Below are positions 41,601 through 53,037 of a stretch of DNA of 64,000 nt, in pieces; position 1 is the stretch's first letter; every line of letters starts with the position of its first letter. The stretch covers positions 22,444,001 to 22,508,000 of the forward strand of contig CM022665.1 in assembly GCA_012295275.1 (NCBI GenBank), written 5' to 3'. Origin of the DNA: Chrysomallon squamiferum. Taxonomy: Eukaryota > Animalia > Mollusca. The notes under the pieces were generated by a model, which saw only the letters and a list, made by a program, of their open reading frames with translations, did no database searches and was not told the DNA's origin. Made by a program: the position numbers and the translations under genes.

Positions 41601-44600
41601 TTCATTAGGAAAAGAATTCTGAAATACAACACAAGTCTGAGTCAGTGCAGTCACAGATAAATGAGTCTTCTATACAGAAACTTTCAAAGGAAAAGGTAAC
41701 TTCGATTTAGGACAGTGGTTAATTTATACTCAGAATAATTCATTTTATAAATGTTTTAAAAAGGTAATAAAAACTGCTCAGTTGCATTTATTTGATTTGA
41801 TTTTTATTATTTACCTTGTAGTATACTAATAGTATGCTTTTATTTATTGTCTATTATTATACCAACATTATTTGTTTATACTGAAATATTTGAATCATGT
41901 AAATTATCCAGTAATAAGTGCCTCTCAGTTTATGAGTTTTAGAATTTATTTTTGTCAATCACAGATAATTCAGTGAAACAATGTATTATTATTGTTTGTT
42001 TTAAAATTATATACCATTAATTTTTACAAAATGGTTTAAAGTGAGAAAAACAATAGTGAACAGAATCTTTATTATTTTTATTTCATTCTAAATGAATTGC
42101 TGTTAAATATATAAAAAGGAAAAAAAAAGAAAAGAAAATATTAAATTATATTTTCTAATTTTTTTTCTGTGATGTCTTTGAACAATTAATTTTGTATGTA
42201 AATTGATGCAGTTATTATTACTGATATACATATTTAAATTTTAGGAAAAACGAAGCAGTGCGCCTGAAAAAACTAAAAGTCTGAAGAGGCTGTTACAGGA
42301 GACTACAGACAAGGTAGTTTTAATTATTAATTTTATAGTATGAAGACATATTTCTCTTCCCTATTGTTAGATATGCATGGTATTTTGTGGCAGATAATTT
42401 GAAAGATATGAGGATCTTTCGGGGTGTCCTTTGTGCTATTTTTTATTGAAATTCCTGGCTAAGTCAGATGATAAATTTAAGAAGACTGTAAAATTACAGT
42501 TTAGATATATATATAACATTTTAACATTTTTAATTTAGTTGAATTAGCTAATTTGGTATTGTTATTTTATTCTGTTATTATTGTTGTTATAATTATTATT
42601 ATTTTTTTTTTATCATTGTTATTATTATTATTATTATTATTATCTTTTAAAACTTATTTGTTTGATTTATTTACTTGTTTATTTATTTCTTAGTTACTGA
42701 CACTAATAACTGAGCTGTCATCATCTCAGTCTAAACATATGAAAGAGATAGAAACATGGAAAGAAAAGACTAAAGATTTGTTTCAGCTGGAGAATTTTAC
42801 TAAACATCAGATGGGCCTAGTTGAACAACAGCAACAACTTATGCATCTGCAAACCATTTTGATGGAGAACAGTCAAGTGATGAATCGTGTTCTTCGGGGT
42901 ATTTTCCATTATTCCAATGTATTTCTAGGCACCTTAATTATATACATATCATTTAGCCTGCATGTCAAAGCTATAACTGTAAAATATTTTACAGTAGTAA
43001 AAAACCCATTTATATTATGATTTTTACCAAATAACGAATATTTTTTTAATTTTTACTGTTTAATGTTTTCCAAACTTTAATTTTATTACATACTTACATG
43101 AACTCTACAGTTTATATGCTAATCATTCTTTGAGATAAAAAGTTTAATAATCATACAAGTTTTATGTTTCCTGGACAGATTTTAAATTTTTTCTTTTTGT
43201 TATGTACACATATATCTGCATTTGGTTACTGTCTTTGGTTGCTGTTTTTATTTGCATTATTATTTTTTTTGTAATAGATCTGTAACCTTATCTTTTCTAT
43301 TGTGATTACAATTTTTGTTTGTTACTTAGTTGTTGTTTTACTTACAGAATTTGAACAACATTATCAGAAGAAGATTGTTGTACTGGAGACTGAACAAAAT
43401 CACATGAAACTAGAACTTCAGACAGTCAGAAATGAGCTTACTGACAAGTGTGAGAAAATCAAAAACCTCGTAAGTAACCTATTAGAATGTTTGCTAGTGC
43501 TTGTTTGTGTATTGCTTTTCTACTGCCATTATATTTTATACTCCTTTTGTTGCATCTTCCTCCTTTGTATCTACTTTACCCTTTTTACATCGTTGTGTAG
43601 TTTTGTGGTTTCATATGGTGTAATGGTTTCTTGTGTCACTATTTTTTTTTCGTTTCACAATATATTTAATGAACATTTTGAATCCAGTGAATCTTTAAAA
43701 AATAGATGAAGACTATAAATGTTTTTTTGAGAGAAAAATAATTTTATGATTTAGCATCCAGTTATAATTTTTACAGTGAAATCTAGGACATTAAATTAAA
43801 AAAGACCAACATTTAAGAAACCTTTTTCAGTATGAGTTTTATATAAACTCGGACACTGTTGCTTTCATTAGTTTTGATTTTGTTGGATATTCAAAATATG
43901 TACATTAAAATACAGTTAAATATAAATACTACAGAAAGTAAATGAATACTGAAGTTTCACTCTATGTGTCATCAGTGTTATTAAAACAGTTTAAATTTAA
44001 ATACAGGTAGTGGTAATGATCATAACCAAAAGCTAATTTGGACATAAGTTACTTAAATTTGTGCAGGGACCTGTTTATTCGTAACTTTGGAGGTACATTT
44101 TATTTATTGATACATTTGAATATAAAATCAGTTTGTTAATAGTTTATAATAATATAGTTTAATTTTTATTAAGCTGGTTATTATGATTTGCATGCACAGT
44201 TAATTGTTTAAGGAATTATTAAATTTATGATGAACCATTTTTGTTTTGTCCAAGTATATACATCTAACATGTGCCAGTAATTTGGTTACACTAATTTCAG
44301 TTTACAAGTAATTATTTAAGGCATTATTGAATTTGTGTCCATAATTTATTTTTTATCTGAGTATACAGTAGGCTTGTGTGACCTATTTGTATTGTTGATT
44401 CACAGCATACAGTTAAAAAATCCTGCTGGATCCTGTGAACTAACCTCTAGTGCTTTATGTGTGTCAGGTGAGAATCTGTTTAAAAAAAAAAAAAAAAAAA
44501 AATTAAAAAAAAAAAAAATATAAGCTGGTGGGTAATTAAAAAAAATCTATTAAAAGAAAAAAGAAAAAGGCAAAAAATTAGTAAGTCTTCAAAATTGTTG

Positions 44601-46645
44601 CTTGCAAAAAAAAAAAAATAAATAATAATAATAATAATATAAAATAAGACTTCAACTAAAAATCTTAGTAATATTATCCCACCATTATTTTCCATTTTGG
44701 ATTCTTTTGTAAAAGATTCAGATTTATATAATGACTGAAATGTTGTTTTTTTTTTAATTAAAAAACAAAAAACAATTATCATTTAAATAATTGATCAGCT
44801 GACAGACTACCTTAATTTTTTGCTTGTCTTAAGGTGTTGGCATTTCTTGTTCACAAATCAGGGCTTGAACTTTTGAAAACCAGCTTTCTCAACTAAGAAT
44901 ATAAGCTTGTTACTTCAAAATAACCATGTGTAAACAATCATTAATATTTTAAAGAAATTATTGTTACAGAAATATGCATTCATTCATCGAAAATATTCAG
45001 AAATTCAGAACAATTAAAATAAAATAAACATTTCAACTGCTGAAAATTAATATTAATTTGCTGAAATTTGTCCTAGTTGTTGTAAAGAAAATAATGTTTT
45101 TTGGAGTTGATGTTTTAATCATCATATAGTCAGTGATATTTTAAGAGAATTTCAACATAAAAAAAAAAATGTATTAAAAGAGAAGAGATGAACAAAAAAA
45201 ATACAAGGCCTGATATTTTTTCTTCACACACTTGCTTAATGTATGTTGTTTACTAACCTTTGTAACTAGTTGCTCTTGTTAGTGATCTCTGACATCATAA
45301 TTTTTGTTTGCTTAAAGGTTTACATAGTCTTGGTTCATGGAGCTATTTCATGAAACAATGTTGTGATTGCAGTCATGTCTTGTCTATTGATAAACAAAGC
45401 TGTCCTGATGACATCATGATATACAGTAGGACTTCCTCGGAAAATGGCAGTTAACCACTTTATTTTTAACATCTTATGAATATTCCCCCTTCCCCTAATA
45501 GTGACTAGAGTTGCAGATACCTTTTTGATTTCATTAGCATTTGGCTTGAACATGTAAGTTTTATGTTAGTGATGCAAAGCAGAATGTACAGATAGTTGCT
45601 AATTTACAACCATGTATTTGGAAAATCCATATTATTGTATGCAATCATGTTATCTCAATCTTAAGTCATGCATTTTTGTTTTATTTTGGGTTTTTTATTT
45701 TTAGTGTACCCTTTATAATTAGTTTTTTAATTGTTTTCAGCATGTGCATTTTTGATCAGTTTCCGGTGAATTTTATTTATTTGTTTGCACATTGCATTTT
45801 TGGAGATAAAAAATAAAGATGGCTGTTAAAAAAGTTACCCTTTCTTTTTAACTAAGTTTGTAAACATCCAAACCTACATGATAGCCATTTACCAGAATAC
45901 AGGAAGCATGGACAGACAAAACAGTCATGGATTGCAGTAATGTGTGTTATGTCAATGTGCAAAGTATTAATTGTCACTTGTAAAAATATGCACATGGAAA
46001 TTCTAAAATGCACTTGACTACAGAATGGTAGGCGGACTGAGCATGAACAAATCATGAAGCTGACTAGAGTCAGCAGAAAAATATAAACATAGCATTAGCT
46101 GTGGCACCATTGTCACACATGCAGTCATGAAGTCAGTTAGTTGTACATTCATGACCAACTGTTTAGGATAACACTGACTTCATAAAATAAATACTGTAAT
46201 ATTTGAAAATACGTTCAGTTGACTACAGAAATGTTCCTCTATAAATGATACTGTAAATTGTTATTATTATTTAATTTTTTTCCTGGATTCATTTTATTTC
46301 CTGTATTATTATTACAATTAAATGAATGTTGTCATTCATTTTCTTTTTACATTATTTTTCTTTTTAACATTTCCATCATTTCTTGTAGGATAATTATATT
46401 CAAGTTTCAACTTTCAATGCATACTCATTTTTAAATTTTGTTTTGTTTTTAAATTTCAGTTTGAAATGAATGAAAGAAAAACTCTTCATATTAAACGGTT
46501 GATGGTGGATAATGATGACCTAGTAAAACGTGTTCTAGCTGCAGAACAGGCACAGAAAGAGGCGGCGAGAAAATACATCAATATATCAAAAACAAATGCA
46601 ACACTGAAAAAAACATTGACCCAAGTTTATCAGTCCTTAACATAA
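9787..46645 (+). CDS. NIN: Ninein / ninein-like centrosomal EF-hand and coiled-coil protein, 28 coding exons, ~1531 aa
   Basis: Hand-built phase-consistent exons: 9787-9909 (first, less certain), 25484-25556, 26137-26291, 26621-26916, 27321-27393, 28251-28390, 28913-29053, 32038-32200, 32435-32551, 33271-33354, 33611-33797, 34160-34258, 34582-34742, 35422-35570, 36070-36235, 36768-36896, 37374-37776, 38195-38370, 38692-38856, 39301-40029, 40323-40412, 40960-41007, 41068-41127, 41609-41695, 42245-42313, 42694-42898, 43348-43469, 46460-46645. Matches to recalled NIN/NINL motifs: YEAEGQL, EF-hand LFDKLDTDHDGRLTINDF, IFSCIDPNETGYANADDVVDLW, KVNLEELT, LAKEFDDRHIEIE, LKDRNDEL, and C-terminal KRLMVDNDDLVKRVLAAEQAQKEA. 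Confidence 0.85.
10950..11448. mobile_element. MITE, Tc1/mariner (pogo-like) type, TA target-site duplication
   Basis: TIRs ccgtatatacttgtgta...tacacaagtatatacgg flanked by TA on both sides; subterminal tatgtataagtcga motif repeated; no transposase ORF. Confidence 0.85.
13095..13470. repeat. Degenerate tandem repeat (~60-70 bp units)
   Basis: Recurring gttaatctataagtg..tgta and ttttgaaaattaaggaactg(a/g)acat blocks near 13119, 13205, 13365 and 13408. Confidence 0.55.
14021..15268 (+). CDS. Galactose-3-O-sulfotransferase-like protein (GAL3ST family), copy 1; single coding exon, 415 aa
   Basis: Type II membrane anchor LMVVLFVLFLVYVFVSFYLI; 5'-PSB region NFVFIKCMKCATETLGTVFRRFG; FNIIMEH; 3'-PB ITMIREPYSHFKSVFSY; FTLVMIMEYFHESLILLRRLFCWSFKDIIY; DYKLYDHFNKTFWRKI. 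Confidence 0.93.
   Translation: MLCQRRNSTQLMVVLFVLFLVYVFVSFYLIHKTNSSHKLTEKDTEDFNFVISSSKKHNTGIMCNEHKNFVFIKCMKCATETLGTVFRRFGYVRNLTFVAPIGNKIYLGWPFQMTECDYRPSKRPFNIIMEHSIYNKTVMEKLMPSDTSFITMIREPYSHFKSVFSYFNLKTITKITSNDPFTEYLHNLEKYETIYKSHAASPTRYCIPDNFSVTKNLLSHCIGMPLGFPPGRENITSNDRAVEKYIKQIEKDFTLVMIMEYFHESLILLRRLFCWSFKDIIYWNANVAKYPKKNEQPPKENVSIYRKWSAVDYKLYDHFNKTFWRKIHEQSTDFFDEVKIFDIVQEKAIKYCTKPASEKLVFSRTAWNEPFELTVKDCDMLKQYLLKPIQKRHDEVEHNPIPPTRNPTDPYKPLC
15405..15659. repeat. Perfect inverted repeat: 122-bp arms, 11-nt spacer
   Basis: 15405-15526 is the exact reverse complement of 15538-15659; spacer aacatgcatca. Confidence 0.95.
17562..18803 (+). CDS. Galactose-3-O-sulfotransferase-like protein, copy 2; single coding exon, ~413 aa
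   Basis: First ATG at 17562 (the track start at 17541 is GTG). N-terminal TM; FVFIKCMKCATETLG; IIREPLSHVRSVFIY; HESLILLKRLLCWSFKDIIY; LYEYFNKTFWQKI. Close paralog of copy 1. AATAAA at 18838. Confidence 0.93.
   Translation: MYLFRRRFSHIIVSVFFLCSFYLGFFFLLLQQTNVSYKKYANKNETLILTTQVSSTTVRSCKEQTKFVFIKCMKCATETLGTVFRRFGNVRNLTFVAPIGNKIYLGWPFQMTECDYRPSKRPFNIIMEHSIYNKTVMEKLMPSDTSYITIIREPLSHVRSVFIYFNLKKHAKVTGSDPFTEYLHNLEKYEAIYKSHAASPTRYCIPDNFSLTKNLLSHCIGMPLGFPAGSSNITSDEAAIEKYIKQIDKDFTLVMIIEHFHESLILLKRLLCWSFKDIIYWNANIANYGQKFDPPSKENEKIYLKWSTVDYKLYEYFNKTFWQKIHAQSSDFFDEVQIFTEIQEKTAMFCANPTSEKVVFSKTLWSEQFDFTKNECRIFRISILQKIQKQHDELENYPVAPTRKPGDPNVPLC
19395..20705 (+). CDS. Galactose-3-O-sulfotransferase-like protein, copy 3 (more divergent); single coding exon
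   Basis: ATG at 19395 or 19419. TM VIFVLLLFLVFLLCVFLALW; NFVFIKCMKCATESLG; YNILMEH; SIREPFQHFLS; HESLVLLRRLMCWSLKDIIY; LYDHFNATFWDKV. AATAAA at 20802. Confidence 0.92.
   Translation: MVEIPLFDMMKKFIFLFRQVIFVLLLFLVFLLCVFLALWMHSSFCYSTVTLQPEKILLDDSKVTVHLDSVDDSNFDHRDPCEKERHNFVFIKCMKCATESLGTMFRKFGYDRNLSFVLPIKKNIWLGWPYLLSRNDIRPSIHNYNILMEHSVYSKSFLHKVMPENTVYISSIREPFQHFLSTCNYFDLPYNTEKNSFTGRIKDYLENYKYYESVYKTEESASFRKWCPGDGFSITQNVQSHCLGMPLGFPPGRKDISEEVAAIGEYLKELDKHFILVIIVEYLHESLVLLRRLMCWSLKDIIYNPVNKGSYDKSSSKTKENINLHKNISKIDYLLYDHFNATFWDKVKNQDDDFYDEVAFFTRIISQVTSFCHFSSYNISSIAFPQSKWSSAFFVSTVDCKLQHQYLLINLKERYDKGEGHLHVPIDETEVVLRHC
30636..30701. repeat. (TC)n microsatellite
   Basis: Near-pure TC run in a ninein intron. 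Confidence 0.95.
30785..30828. repeat. (CA)n microsatellite
   Basis: Pure CA run. Confidence 0.95.
35095..35228. repeat. Imperfect inverted repeat (~60-bp arms) around a (TA)n centre, intronic
   Basis: aatcttttacattca...caggttttaacaaacac...ttttat pairs with ataaaa...gtgtttgttaaaacctg...tgaatgtaaaagatt. Confidence 0.8.
39349..39978 (+). repeat. Coding tandem repeat: ~10 x 63 bp (21 aa, three heptads) in ninein exon 39301-40029
   Basis: Units such as QIEKLISEKESLDQYKTQTEN, QIEKLNSEKEHLEQCKEQMEN and EINKLASEKDDLEECKTQMEN. Confidence 0.9.
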
Positions 46646-49176
46646 TACTATTTGTCATATATTAATTTTTAAATTTGTTTCATGTCAAGAATCTTAGTCT
46701 GTAGTATGTTGATAGTTTATCATTTTTATAGTCCATAGTATGATACTGTTTAATCATTTGTTTTTACATTTAGTTTACAATCAAGGATCTAAGTTTCTCT
46801 CTGTTAACTGAGATTTATCACACCTTAGCTAGATGCATCTTATAACATTATTTTATTGTTTTTGTTTTTGTTAAATCAATTTTTTCTTATTCTTTGTATA
46901 AGATAACAAATTCAAAAGAATATGTTAAGCACAAAAAAGTGAACATTATTAAATAACTGCCATTTCCTAAATAGAAATTTGAAGATAATATTAATTTTAG
47001 AAAACTTAAAAGTCAGTGTTTACACAAACTGAAATCAAATGCTATATTGTTATGATGAACACATTTTCAAAATATTATTAAAATTTCAGAACACATTTTT
47101 AAGCATATTTGCTGGGTGCAGGGGTTGTGACAATTTTTCTTTTTCGTATTTTGTTTACAAATAATAATAGGCATTATTATGGTGCTATACCTTTTTTTGT
47201 GGGTGTGTGTGGGGGTTTTTTTCTAGGTTTTTTTGTTGTAAATCACACACGTTAAAGTACTTTAGAATCTTTCTTTTTTGTACTTCTTTTTAAATATTTC
47301 ATTAATACATTACACTGTATTTTGTGATAAATTTATATTAAACTGTGGCATAGATTTGTAAATTGGGAAAAAAACTTGCTCAGTTAATTTACTCACATAT
47401 AAAACACTAAACATTTTTACTGCTTTGGTCCACTAAAGCAGATAATTAATAACTTAATAGTTAATTTAAATAGTCATTTTTAGAGGTCAACTTTTTTCTT
47501 ATCTGCATATAAATATATCACATAATAATTTATTGAATTAGAAATATGTATTAATCTTTTCTGTGTGCCAGATGTTTTATAAAATCTGACAGTAATGTTT
47601 TCTTTTCTATAAATTAATGTTTTATAAACAACAGTGTTAATATTTAACAGTCAGTGAGTCATAATCAAAGAATGAAAACATCACTGAGCTGGTAATATAA
47701 TGTAATCACTGTGTGAAAAATTCATTGTTTTTGTGGGATTTTTTATTACTGTAAGATCAAAGAATCATAATAACAATTCCATCCATTTTTTTAATACAAA
47801 CTTTAATAATTATTGATAAATCATATTTTTCTTCTTCTTTTTTTGTAAATAGAGATAAGTTAGTTCACAGTTTTCTTTACTTTTTTGTTTGTTGAATGTT
47901 ATGACAATTATGATTAATATTGGTTTGTGCATAATCTCTTGAAATATCTTTTTTTTAGTCTGTTTACATCTAAATGCATTTTATAAATGCAGTTTGTTTT
48001 TTATCCAAGAACAAATTAATTAAAATTAATTACATTATGTATAACACAATATCAATGTTTTTATTCTTTTTATCCAAAGATCTGTACAAATTTTGAATTA
48101 TGTGGGATTTACAATTTAATTAGTGCTTGAAAACTGATTTGTGAAAAAGTAAAGAAATTATGAATGGCAATACTTGATTTTTTTAATGTTTATTTTTTAA
48201 AAGTTTTTTTCTTCTTGTCAGTTTCTTAAAAGATCTGAATTTACAGAGATTATATGCAAGCATTTTTTTATAAAAATAAAGTATATTATATCATCTGTAA
48301 TGTGCTGTTATGTTGTTGTTTTTTTATGTTAAATGAAATGCAACTATAGATTGATATTAAGTACATGCCTATACACTAATGAAATACAGTATTCACTATT
48401 TCTTTTGTTTAATGAAAGATACTGACGGATTTTCAATATATATTATAACCATGCATGTTTAAAAAAGATTTGTTAACTGTTAAGAATTATTTGACACACT
48501 GATTCAGATTTTGGTATCAATATGAATGAAATATGATTGTTGGGAAATATTTTGAATTCACCAGAAAGTTGAAAGAGTTGTTCAGAATTATAAACTGTCA
48601 CCTTCATTTGAAGCAAACTAAAAAACAACTATGAAACTATTTCAGTTAACACAAACATTGGCCTCATAACCTACAAATAATTTGATTATTTAAAATATTT
48701 CTGTAATAAACATGATCATCAAGAATTTGAAATAACAAGTTATGATGACAGAAACAAATACAGCACTGTCAATTTCACTTCTGTACTGTCACATAATGAA
48801 ATCATTCGCTGCATTAAGGTCGTGTGCGTGTGTTTTCATTCAAACATCCGTTTTGCTTTATTTGGTCATATTTCACTTGAAGTTAAACAACAAAGAGTTT
48901 GTGACATGAAAGGGAACATGGTGTTATGGAACCTTTTAATGCGCACAGCCTTTTGATCAATTAACAATAGCGTCTTGGTTGAACGTGTAATGGCCTGATT
49001 GAAAACTAATAGTAATAAAAGGAATAGATATATTGTGAGCACTCGGATTTATTCTACGACGCAGTATTACACCAATCCTCCACTTTAATGTTTAATGGAT
49101 TCCCCCAACCCACCCACTTCAAGAACGTTCTTGTTAATCGGATATAAAAACATAAAATACATAATCTATACATATA

Positions 49177-49735
49177 GGGTAGAGTTGGGTGAAAGGCTCC
49201 CCTCTAGGAAAATATATATTTCTTATCACATTTAACACCTTTTCCCCATTTTGAGCAGTAAATATAATTTATACACAGAGAAATCAAATTTGTGTATTTG
49301 TTATTTTAAATCAATATAACAAAACATTCATATTTATTAATACTAATGTCTTGTAGTGGGGCCTTTTATGTGAGGCCTGGGACAAAAGGCCAACCGTGGA
49401 GCTTTAATGATGCACCATCAGCTATTCCGTCACAAATCAAAACCAGTTATTAAATACAAAGCAAACAGATCCCTTCCAAACGTCGCAATACTTTGTCAGT
49501 ATATGACCATTCTTTAATCTAAAATGTGTATAAAAAATATAAAAATTTGTCAAAAATTAGAAATTTCATAAAATACTTAAATATTTGAGTTAGAGGTAAA
49601 TTATTGGAGGAATGAATACAGGTACAACGTCAGTGAAATCTTATGATCTAGCTTCTGGTTTCAGTTCATATGTACACTTTGCTACAAAAAAACTTTGCTT
49701 TTTATCCCAAGGAAACCTTTTACCCAACTCTACCC
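49177..49735. mobile_element. MITE (non-autonomous DNA transposon), TA/TATA flanks, superfamily unassigned
   Basis: TIRs gggtagagttgggtgaaagg...ccttttacccaactctaccc (19/20 match), flanked by tata on both sides; non-coding interior. Confidence 0.8.
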
Positions 49736-50473
49736 TATATAAAATTCCAGAATTGTTCCCTTTTTATTTTTTTATTCTGTTTTAAGTACTAATATCACAT
49801 TAAAAGAAAGCAAAATAAAACTAAATTATTAATTTATTGTGCACCATTTATATTTAACTAAAAGTATTTCATAAATATTTGAAACGTTTGGAAATTCCTT
49901 TGCTTTGTTTGCTCACAGTAGCAGCTCAACACAAACACATTCTTTCATTTGACCTCTTATCCACTTTTAGTGGGTTGAAAAATATTACATGTACATCAAA
50001 CAGGGCGCAAGAAAAAGCAAAAGTGAAATTATTTCAACGATGTTTGCTGGTTAACTGAAACGATGAAATTGAAACGCGTCAGACTACTACATGACCTTGC
50101 CAGCTAGCATTGCTACAGAAAAGAGAGAAGAATACTAGGAAATGTGAAAGTTGTTTAATTTTTAAATTTTATTATTCTTACTCGGATCATCAGCAGCGAA
50201 ATTCACACTGCTAAATAATATAAAACCATAAAACCATAAATAAACAACAACAACAACAAAAAAGTAGTAATTCATAAACTGTGTTAACTCGAAAAATGTT
50301 TTAACTGAAACTGATATTACAGAGCTATTGTCAGGAATCAGAAAACACACAAAAAAGCTATCTGTCCGCCATATACGCGACTTCAGTTGTAATGGGATAA
50401 AAACTGCAGCGTTCCAATATTTTAAAAATATTATTTCGTTTTCATATTTTGGTATGTCGCCCAAAGAGAGCTT

Positions 50474-51045
50474 CATCGAAACATGTATGTATACCAGGGG
50501 TCCTCAGATCGGCGTATGCCTAACCCCAGTATGCAACAGAATATGTGGGGATAAAAAAAGCAATCAAACAAAAATGGGGGAAAAAATCATACCAGACTGT
50601 CAAAGTACAGCCGAGACATTTAATAAATTGTACGATAGCATATTCAAAATAAATGAAAGTCCACAAGTAAAATATAATTATTACTTCATCTTTAAATGTA
50701 AAATCTTAATGATTCTTTTTAGTAGACATATTAAAATGAAAGTCATAAGCTTAAATTAATAACTCAGCTGATCTGCAGAACATAATAAGTGAAACCGTTA
50801 TTAACCAAATGTAAAAAAGTAATAATCAAGTCAATTTCCAGATGAATTAGATTAATGATGTTAATTGCATCTAAAATTTTATTTATTGTTCCATATTTAC
50901 AGAAAACCATTAATAAAAGTTTACAAGTTAGTCACCAGGCATGCTTTCAACATTGAAGAGGGTTAAAAAAGGTTTGTACACATCAGCTCATTTGTTTAAT
51001 AACATATGAATTCATCTCTAGTGTGAAGACATTCGATACATTTTT
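50474..51045 (+). repeat. Local duplication block X (second copy ~57750-58310; 3' part also ~52274-52500)
   Basis: Near-identical sequence starting catcgaaacatgtatgtataccaggggtcctc; explains the twin ORFs 50328-50759 and 57763-58035. Confidence 0.9.
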
Positions 51046-51124
51046 GTCTGAACAAGGTTTGAGGAGTAAAGTAATAAATGCAGAAAAATCATACAAAAGC
51101 TGAAATCTTAATTTATTATACTAG

Positions 51125-51157
<33 letters not shown>

Positions 51158-51489
51158 CTGCAATCCTAAATAACACAAAAACTATATATTAACAATTTTA
51201 TTTCTGAAATCAAGACTCACGTGTATTGATTTTGTTGTCACTGTACATAAAAACAAAATAACAATAATTTATTTATTTATTGAATATGTTTTTGTTTTTT
51301 CTTTTTCTTTTCAAAATGGTCTTTTAAGATCTAAAACAAGAATTAAACACTAAAGAAGTAACAAAACAACACATATACAATGTTTTGTATTATTTAGCAG
51401 TGTGAATTTCACTGCTCATGATCCAAGTAAGAATAATAAAATTTAAAAATACACAACTTTCACATTTCCTGTGACTGTGTGTATGTGTG

Positions 51490-52558
51490 CACAGCTTTAA
51501 AAATAAATTACTGATATTAAAAGAAAAGAAAAAAAAAACAAACAGGTTTAGTTTATTTTTAATTCAGCATTCGAGCACAATTTCTTGGATTCACATAATA
51601 TGTTGTACTATTCTTTTCTATAGTTATGTTTATGATCATGAAATCGAGTTTAATTTTACAAACAAAATAATCATCCGTGTTTTAGAGCATCATTTTCATT
51701 AAGTTAACAAACGCAAATGGTAAGATAGTAGGCAACACGTTTCACTTTAGGTATTGAAATGAACCTATTTAGAAGCAATGACCTGTTCACTGGAGTTATC
51801 GTCCGTTGATTTCACAGCTGCCTTCGTTTCAGTCTGATTATTAGTGGTTTCTAAGAGCAAAAGTGAGTACCCACTTTCAAAATTTTAAAATTCAGACAGG
51901 TTCACTATTGTTTAACATTTACAGAAATATACAAAACAAGGTCAAAACCCCAACTGTTGTATATGTGTAAGTGTAGGCCCACACGCAGTGGTGAGTAGAG
52001 TTTGATGCTGTATTAGTATTAATATTTATTATATTATCACTGACAGTTGTTATTATTGTGTTTTTGGTAGATCTTTCTGCTCGGGCCTCGGCTGTTATAT
52101 TTATATCCATTAATTTAGTATAAATAAGTTACAACCAGTGTAGTTGTCTAAATGAATATTGTATATAAACATATAAAGACTATTAGTTAATGGCTTACAA
52201 ACAGAAATGGGATTTTCCAAAAAAATTCTAAGTATAGAAGATAACTGGAAAGTCCAGTGTCTAATAATAGTTAACACATTTTTTTTTACTCACTCAAGTC
52301 AATTTCCAGATGAATTAGATTAATGATGTTAATTGCATCTAAAATTTTATTTATTGTTCCATATTTACAGAAAACCATTAATAAAAGTTTACAAGTTAGT
52401 CACCAGGCATGCTGTCAGCGTTGAAGAGGGTTAAAAAATTGTTTGAACACATCTAATAACATATGAATCCATCTCACGCGCTAAGACACTCGATACATAT
52501 TTGAATAAGTTTTTGTGAGTAAAATAATGAATCCAGACAAATCTTACTATGCCATGCG

Positions 52559-52603
<45 letters not shown>

Positions 52604-52961
52604 TAAGGGACTGAACTAAAAGACACAGGCATAATCTAAAGATACATAAACACCATTAACATGCCTGAGGTTTATTTCTCCTTGTTTAGATGTAAAGTAC
52701 TTGAGAAATTCTTTCACGACACTTGGGACATTAATATAGGGTAAACACTGTAACTGGTGCTTTCTTAAGGAACCCAGGACAATAATGGTCTGACAGAAGA
52801 AAGAATATCAGGAAAGGGAGAAAAAAAAAACCATTAGAGCCAATTCTGAGCATTATAATTGCTATTCTTTTATCATGTTAAACTGTTATTGTCCTTATCG
52901 TGTTGTACAATCAGGCAGAGAAATTAAAGATAATCAAGATCGAACTTATGCACCTGGCCAC

Positions 52962-53007
<46 letters not shown>

Positions 53008-53037
53008 TAAAATAGAAGTGACAAGATTCGAGATTTA
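51490..53037 (+). repeat. Local duplication block Y, copy 1
   Basis: Highly similar to 56745-58744 (ttcgagcacaatttcttggattcac...gacaagattcgagattta). Confidence 0.9.
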
